Made by a program: the position numbers and the translations under genes. The notes beneath the pieces were generated by a model that saw nothing but the letters and a program-made list of their open reading frames with translations, was not told where the DNA came from and ran no database searches. Of a stretch of 64,000 nucleotides of DNA, positions 59,155 through 64,000 are shown piece by piece; position 1 is the first letter of the stretch, and every line of letters starts with the position of its first letter. The DNA is from Antedon mediterranea (lineage: Eukaryota; Animalia; Echinodermata), in assembly GCF_964355755.1 (NCBI RefSeq), contig NC_092680.1:19663045-19727044 (forward strand), written 5' to 3'.

Positions 59155-60024
59155 TTAATTTGCAATACAGTGAATGATCTTCAAAAATCCCTGCTGAAAT
59201 TCAGTGAAAGCCATGGCGTAAATAAATGGATTTATTGTTAAATTCAAAGCAAGTAATAGATCAAATGTTTCATGAATGATGGGATCAATACAGGAACAAA
59301 AATGATTAACAACACAACTTATGTAGCCTGGTGTCATTGTTATATAAAACACACATGTAACCAGCAATAGAGTTGATAACAGATTTGTATTTCGACTAGA
59401 ATTGTTTTTCTGCTGTGGTTGTGATGAAGCACCAATTTCTGGTTTACTAAATATTGTCCATAGAATACGTCCGTAACAGTATGTCATAGTTGTCGTAGGT
59501 AGGAACCAGCCAATAAAGGATCCAACCAGTAAAGAAAATGTGTTAACTTCACGACAGTTTTTAGGAACTTTTTCCATCATAATAATATCGATAATAACAG
59601 CAATCAATCCTGGTAGGTATGGAATTATAAAGCATGTGTAGTACAAGATTTTTCTTCTTGATTTGTTTTGGTGATAGATGTAGGGATGCACAACAGCGAT
59701 ATATCGCTCAATTGTTATCACAACCAGATTGCATGAAGATGTAACTGTTATATACCAGAATGTAAGTTTTAATATATAGAATGTTTTAGAACCATAATTA
59801 GGATTACAGGCAACAAAAACAATGAATGCAATAGAACCTACCAGATCAATGAAAGACTGATGAAGTAACAACTTGATTGAAAAAGACTTCTTAAAACTTC
59901 CGTTGTAAAGAAACACAAAAATGACTAACAAGTTAGCAACGATACCAATACTACTTACAACAGCGCCAGTGACAATAATAGATATATCAAATCCTACTGA
60001 TGAGTTGGTATCAGAACGATTCAT
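59155..60024 (-). CDS. Single-exon class A orphan GPCR, copy 2, 289 aa
   Basis: Close paralogue of 57230-58072 with intact ORF and ERY / NPFIY motifs. The upstream flank is also duplicated (58073-58365 vs 60025-60320). Confidence 0.92.
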   Translation of the reverse strand: MNRSDTNSSVGFDISIIVTGAVVSSIGIVANLLVIFVFLYNGSFKKSFSIKLLLHQSFIDLVGSIAFIVFVACNPNYGSKTFYILKLTFWYITVTSSCNLVVITIERYIAVVHPYIYHQNKSRRKILYYTCFIIPYLPGLIAVIIDIIMMEKVPKNCREVNTFSLLVGSFIGWFLPTTTMTYCYGRILWTIFSKPEIGASSQPQQKNNSSRNTNLLSTLLLVTCVFYITMTPGYISCVVNHFCSCIDPIIHETFDLLLALNLTINPFIYAMAFTEFQQGFLKIIHCIAN

Positions 60025-61575
60025 ACTTAGATGATACTAGAAAATTTAAGTTTATCTTTTTTGTATTGAAAAGTATTCGGTTCAAATTTCCTTTCTTCTG
60101 ATGTGAATGATTAATACTTTGCTGGTTCTAATAGTTCACTTCTCAAATAGTAAAAGAACATGATGCTTGTTGAAATCATTGTTACAGCACTGGTCTGTTG
60201 TTTGTAATTGTTTGACAACAATATACAGTTTCTTGTCTATTTGTGCCTTGTATCAAATGTAATAAATAAATTATATTTCAATTTAATCTATTTTCATTAA
60301 ATACTAAATAATTTAGTATATTAATTGAATACATTTTAATTATTTAATGTTACAAAGGTTATTTTAATACACTATCTATATGGTGTGCAAATTATACAAC
60401 TTTATGATGTTTCCATGGTTACGAAAATAGATCATTACCACTAGGTAGCCTGCACATGAGTATGAATTATAGCATTTATGAATAGGGTAGTACTTATTTT
60501 TAGGTCGTTTTTCAATTTAGTTTGTTCCTATTGCTCTTGATGCATTCAGGACATGTCAGGTTTGAGTTAGCTGCTGGCTTGAGGTTTAAATTTATTTTGG
60601 TTTTGAGAAATTTGTGATTGATTTCAGTTGCAATGTACCATATATATTTCAGCTGTAATGTACCATATTTCATTCAACGAGTATTAAATTAAAGAAGATT
60701 ATTTTTTTTGTCAAAAATCTTGATCTCATTTAAAATAATCAAACTCTGTTACTGGGGGATTTATAGATTGTTTTATTTTGATTAAAATGCACATAGACCT
60801 ATTTCATAAAGTGATTAATATCAACATTCAAACGACTTTAACATATTGTTAACATTTAATGACCTGTGACCTCTATAGTCTTTATCAATTTTACGCAAAG
60901 TTCAATAATTATTTTTCACTGAAAGTTGAAACGAACAAATAATTGATGTAACATAAAACTTGATGAATTATGCGATTTATTATGATACAATAAAATAAAT
61001 GATAAACAAATATAGCAGAATATTAGGCCTACATTGAAAATTGGACATTTGTATCAAACAAACCTGCCCAAATATGTTAGTAAATTGTCAGAGTATAATA
61101 AATGGTAAAAACATAACTTTAAAAGTGACAATATGTTACGTTACATCTTATGTAAAACTAGTAAGATCATAGTTATTATACACCTAAGTATCAACAATTA
61201 GTGTTTTTCAATCTCAATAGTTGTTTATGTGAAACATGACATATTTAATGTTATTGTTTTTGGTTGTTATCACTGGTTGATTCCTCTTCTTCAAATTAAT
61301 TTGCAATACAGTGAATGATCTTAAAAAATCCTTGCTGAAATTCAGTGAAAGCCATGGCATAAATAAATGGATTTATTGTTAAATTCAAAGCAAGTAATAG
61401 ATCAAATGTTTCATGAATGATGGGATCAATACATAAACAGAAATGATTAACAACACAACTTATGTAGCCTGGTGTCATTGTTATATAAAACACACATGTA
61501 ACCAGCAGTAGAGTTGATAACAGATTTGTTTTTCGACTAGCATTGTTTTTCTGCTGTGGTTGTGATGATGAAGTA

Positions 61576-63682
61576 ATGGTATGATTACTATACATATCAA
61601 TCAATGAACGTGTTGGAATGTTTTACGATCTTGTTGATGCGGCTGTCAGGGACCTTGTCCCCACCATTAAAATTCGCAAAAAAAGTCCTAAATGGTTTGA
61701 TGCCGAGCTTGTGAAAGCCTTAAAATCTAAAGAACATTACCATCGTATATGGAAACAATTTCCATCCATCATTTCACGTCAAAACTTCTGTGTTGCCAGA
61801 ACTAATTTCAAAAAATTATCAAATTGTAAATATAAGGCTTACCTGAAATGCATCTCCTCTGACCTTGTTGCAAGTCCTAAGCGATTTTGGACTTGGATCA
61901 AGTGTAAACGAAAAACTACATCTAATGCCATTAGTATCTCTGATGGGGTTAAGGTTGCTGACAGCCCGCAAGCAAAAGCCACACTTTTTAACAACTTTTT
62001 TGTTTCAGCTTTCTCGGACTCCAGGGATACCCCTATTGCCGAGCATTTAGATCTGCCTGAACTCAACGTCGATGTCCTCAATAACATCAGTATTTATCAA
62101 GATAATGTCGAATACCTCCTAAGGTCAGTCAGTGTGGATAAGGCAGTTGGCAATGATCCTATCAGTAATCATACTCTTAAACTTTGCTCTTCTACCTTAT
62201 CTTTACCCATTACCAATATTTTTAAACATTCAATTTCATCTGGCACTTTCCCTGACCAGTGGAAGACTGCAAACGTTGTCCCCATACATAAAAATGGTTC
62301 AAAAGCTAAAGTCCAAAATTATAGACCCATCTCCCTCCTTCCCACTATCTCCAAAATTCTTGAAAGGGTTATCAACACTCAACTTTTATGTCATGTTTCG
62401 CCCATTATTTCCCAAGATCAACATGGCTTCATGCCCGGTAGATCTTGTGAAACAAACCTTGCTACTCTTCTGTCTACCGTGTATGAAGCCATCGAAACTA
62501 AAAAGCAATGTGACATAATCTACACCGACTTTAGTAAAGCTTTTGATAAATTGTCCCACAACCTATTATTATTAAAACTTCATCAGTTTGGCATCAATGG
62601 TACTTTATTTTCATGGTTTAAAAGTTATCTTGGCGGTAGGATGCAGAGAGTTGTAATTGATGGTGCCACTTCCAATTCTCTCCCAGTCATCTCAGGCGTG
62701 CCTCAAGGTTCCATTCTTGCCCCCCTGCTGTTCAATATATTTGTTAATGAAATACCAAATCTCTTTCAAAATTCCAACTGTCTTATGTTCGCTGACGACC
62801 TCAAGATTTACAAAATTATTACCACTACTGAGGACTCCGTTGCACTTCAGGCAGATCTGGAAAGACTCGGTACGTGGGTTTCCGACTGGAAAATGTCCCT
62901 GAAGTCCGAGAAATGCAAAGTCCTGTCTTGCTCTCTTAAGAAAAAACCTATTATTTTCGCTTACTCAGTTCAAGAAGAAGTCCTTGAAAGTGTAAACTCT
63001 TACCGGGACCTCGGCATTTTCATCGACCGTAAACTGACATTTATTTCACACGTTGATCATGTTGTCAGAAAGGCCAATAGGCTGCTTGGGCTGATGTGGC
63101 GCAATTGCAAACATTTTTCTCCATACACCAAACGTGCGCTTTATCTTTCCCTCGTCCAACCATCTTTTAATTTCTGTTCAATTATTTACAATTCACTCTC
63201 TGCTTCTCAAGCCTCCAGAATTGATCGGACCCATAACAAGTTCTTGCGCTTTGTCGGCCCAGCAGCCAACCTGCCTCCTATTGTTTCCCCGACATCTAGG
63301 AGAGCAAGACAGGACTTGCACTTCCTGTATAAATGTCTTACTTCTAAGTTTGATTGTGATCTTGTTTCGTTGTTTTATTTTAATGTTCCTGTTCGTAATC
63401 TTCGTAGTAAACCCTTTCTTCATGTTAAATTTTCTCGTGTCAATGTTTGTAAAAATGGTATTTTCTGTAGACTCTCGTCATTGTACAATTCTTGTATTTT
63501 AAAAAATAATTCTTTAGATATTTTTAACTGTAATTTTTCTCAATTTAAATGTATTATTAATGAAATTATTTAAATTTTCTTTTTCATTTGTATATATTTA
63601 TATTGGTTCATATTTTATAGTTTAGCTTTTATTTTCAACCTGTTATTGGTGTTTTACACTGTTGGTTTGATATAAAGAAATA
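61576..63682 (+). mobile_element. 5'-truncated non-LTR retrotransposon (CR1/Jockey group LINE)
   Basis: Carries a stop-free RT ORF, a T-rich 3' UTR and a short TAAA-type tail. Flanked by AAGTA at 61571-61575 and 63683-63687, which occurs once in GPCR copy 1. Confidence 0.93.
61618..63573 (+). CDS. LINE ORF2 reverse transcriptase region (endonuclease domain lost by 5' truncation), 651 aa
   Basis: Motifs WKTANVVPIHK, NYRPISLLPTISKILE, QHGFMPGRSC, DFSKAFD, GVPQGSILAPLLF, FADD, YRDLGI. Confidence 0.95.
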   Translation: MFYDLVDAAVRDLVPTIKIRKKSPKWFDAELVKALKSKEHYHRIWKQFPSIISRQNFCVARTNFKKLSNCKYKAYLKCISSDLVASPKRFWTWIKCKRKTTSNAISISDGVKVADSPQAKATLFNNFFVSAFSDSRDTPIAEHLDLPELNVDVLNNISIYQDNVEYLLRSVSVDKAVGNDPISNHTLKLCSSTLSLPITNIFKHSISSGTFPDQWKTANVVPIHKNGSKAKVQNYRPISLLPTISKILERVINTQLLCHVSPIISQDQHGFMPGRSCETNLATLLSTVYEAIETKKQCDIIYTDFSKAFDKLSHNLLLLKLHQFGINGTLFSWFKSYLGGRMQRVVIDGATSNSLPVISGVPQGSILAPLLFNIFVNEIPNLFQNSNCLMFADDLKIYKIITTTEDSVALQADLERLGTWVSDWKMSLKSEKCKVLSCSLKKKPIIFAYSVQEEVLESVNSYRDLGIFIDRKLTFISHVDHVVRKANRLLGLMWRNCKHFSPYTKRALYLSLVQPSFNFCSIIYNSLSASQASRIDRTHNKFLRFVGPAANLPPIVSPTSRRARQDLHFLYKCLTSKFDCDLVSLFYFNVPVRNLRSKPFLHVKFSRVNVCKNGIFCRLSSLYNSCILKNNSLDIFNCNFSQFKCIINEII

Positions 63683-64000
63683 AAGTACCAGCGACAGATC
63701 TTCTAAATATCATCCATAATATACGTCCATAACAGTATGTCATAGTTGTGATGGGTAGGAACCAGCCAAGAAATGATCCAATCAGTAGAGAAAATGTGTC
63801 CTTTTCCCGACAGTTCTTAGGAATATTTTCAGTCTTAATAACATTGATAACAACCGCGATCAATCCTGGTAGGTATTGAATTATAAAGCATGCGTAGTAC
63901 AAGATATTTCTTCTTGATTTGTTTTGGTGATAGATGTAGGGATGCACAACAGCGATGTATCGCTCAATTGTTATCACAACCAGATTGTATGAAGATGTAA

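Larger units (their letters stand above)
61296..64000 (-). pseudogene. Class A GPCR copy 3, split by a LINE insertion in the third intracellular loop; 5' end lies beyond the window
   Basis: 64000-63683 encodes TM3-TM5 up to RRSVAGT; 61575-61296 resumes TSSSQPQQKNN through NPFIY to the stop. Confidence 0.9.

Noticed and set aside
61839-63502. Alternative-frame and antisense ORFs inside the LINE
   Set aside because: Shadow ORFs of the RT coding sequence with no recognisable motifs.
61618-63573. RT as a domesticated gene or diversity-generating partner of the ankyrin array
   Set aside because: It is an ordinary 5'-truncated LINE with TSD and tail, 55 kb from the array. There is no template/variable repeat pair or adenine-specific mutation pattern of the DGR type.

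Overview
AT-rich, intron-rich animal genomic DNA (marine invertebrate, probably an echinoderm-type deuterostome; the taxon is an inference). I rebuilt the spliced genes by hand from GT-AG boundaries and reading-frame continuity. (1) 1-6862, minus strand, running off the left edge: an ankyrin-ROC (ROCO family) GTPase gene. Its N-terminus is an array of 8 intact and 1 decayed phase-0 exons, each encoding one ankyrin repeat, with variation concentrated at the ligand-facing positions. The ORF track does not show this gene and it is the most interesting object here. (2) PGGT1B, minus strand, 9 exons, 14354-20814. (3) An SHC adaptor, plus strand, 12 coding exons, 32051-45984, with an extra exon that may give an SH2-less isoform. 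(4) ZCCHC9, minus strand, 48719-50560, head-to-head with (5) COG1, plus strand, from 53675 and continuing past the window. (6) Three tandem single-exon class A GPCR paralogues on the opposite strand of a COG1 intron; the third is split by a young 5'-truncated LINE. Introns hold many mobile elements: a Penelope fragment, two minimal hammerhead ribozymes, about 10 copies of one MITE, a Helitron, a Helentron-type element, Kolobok-like and other TIR elements, SINEs and minisatellites.
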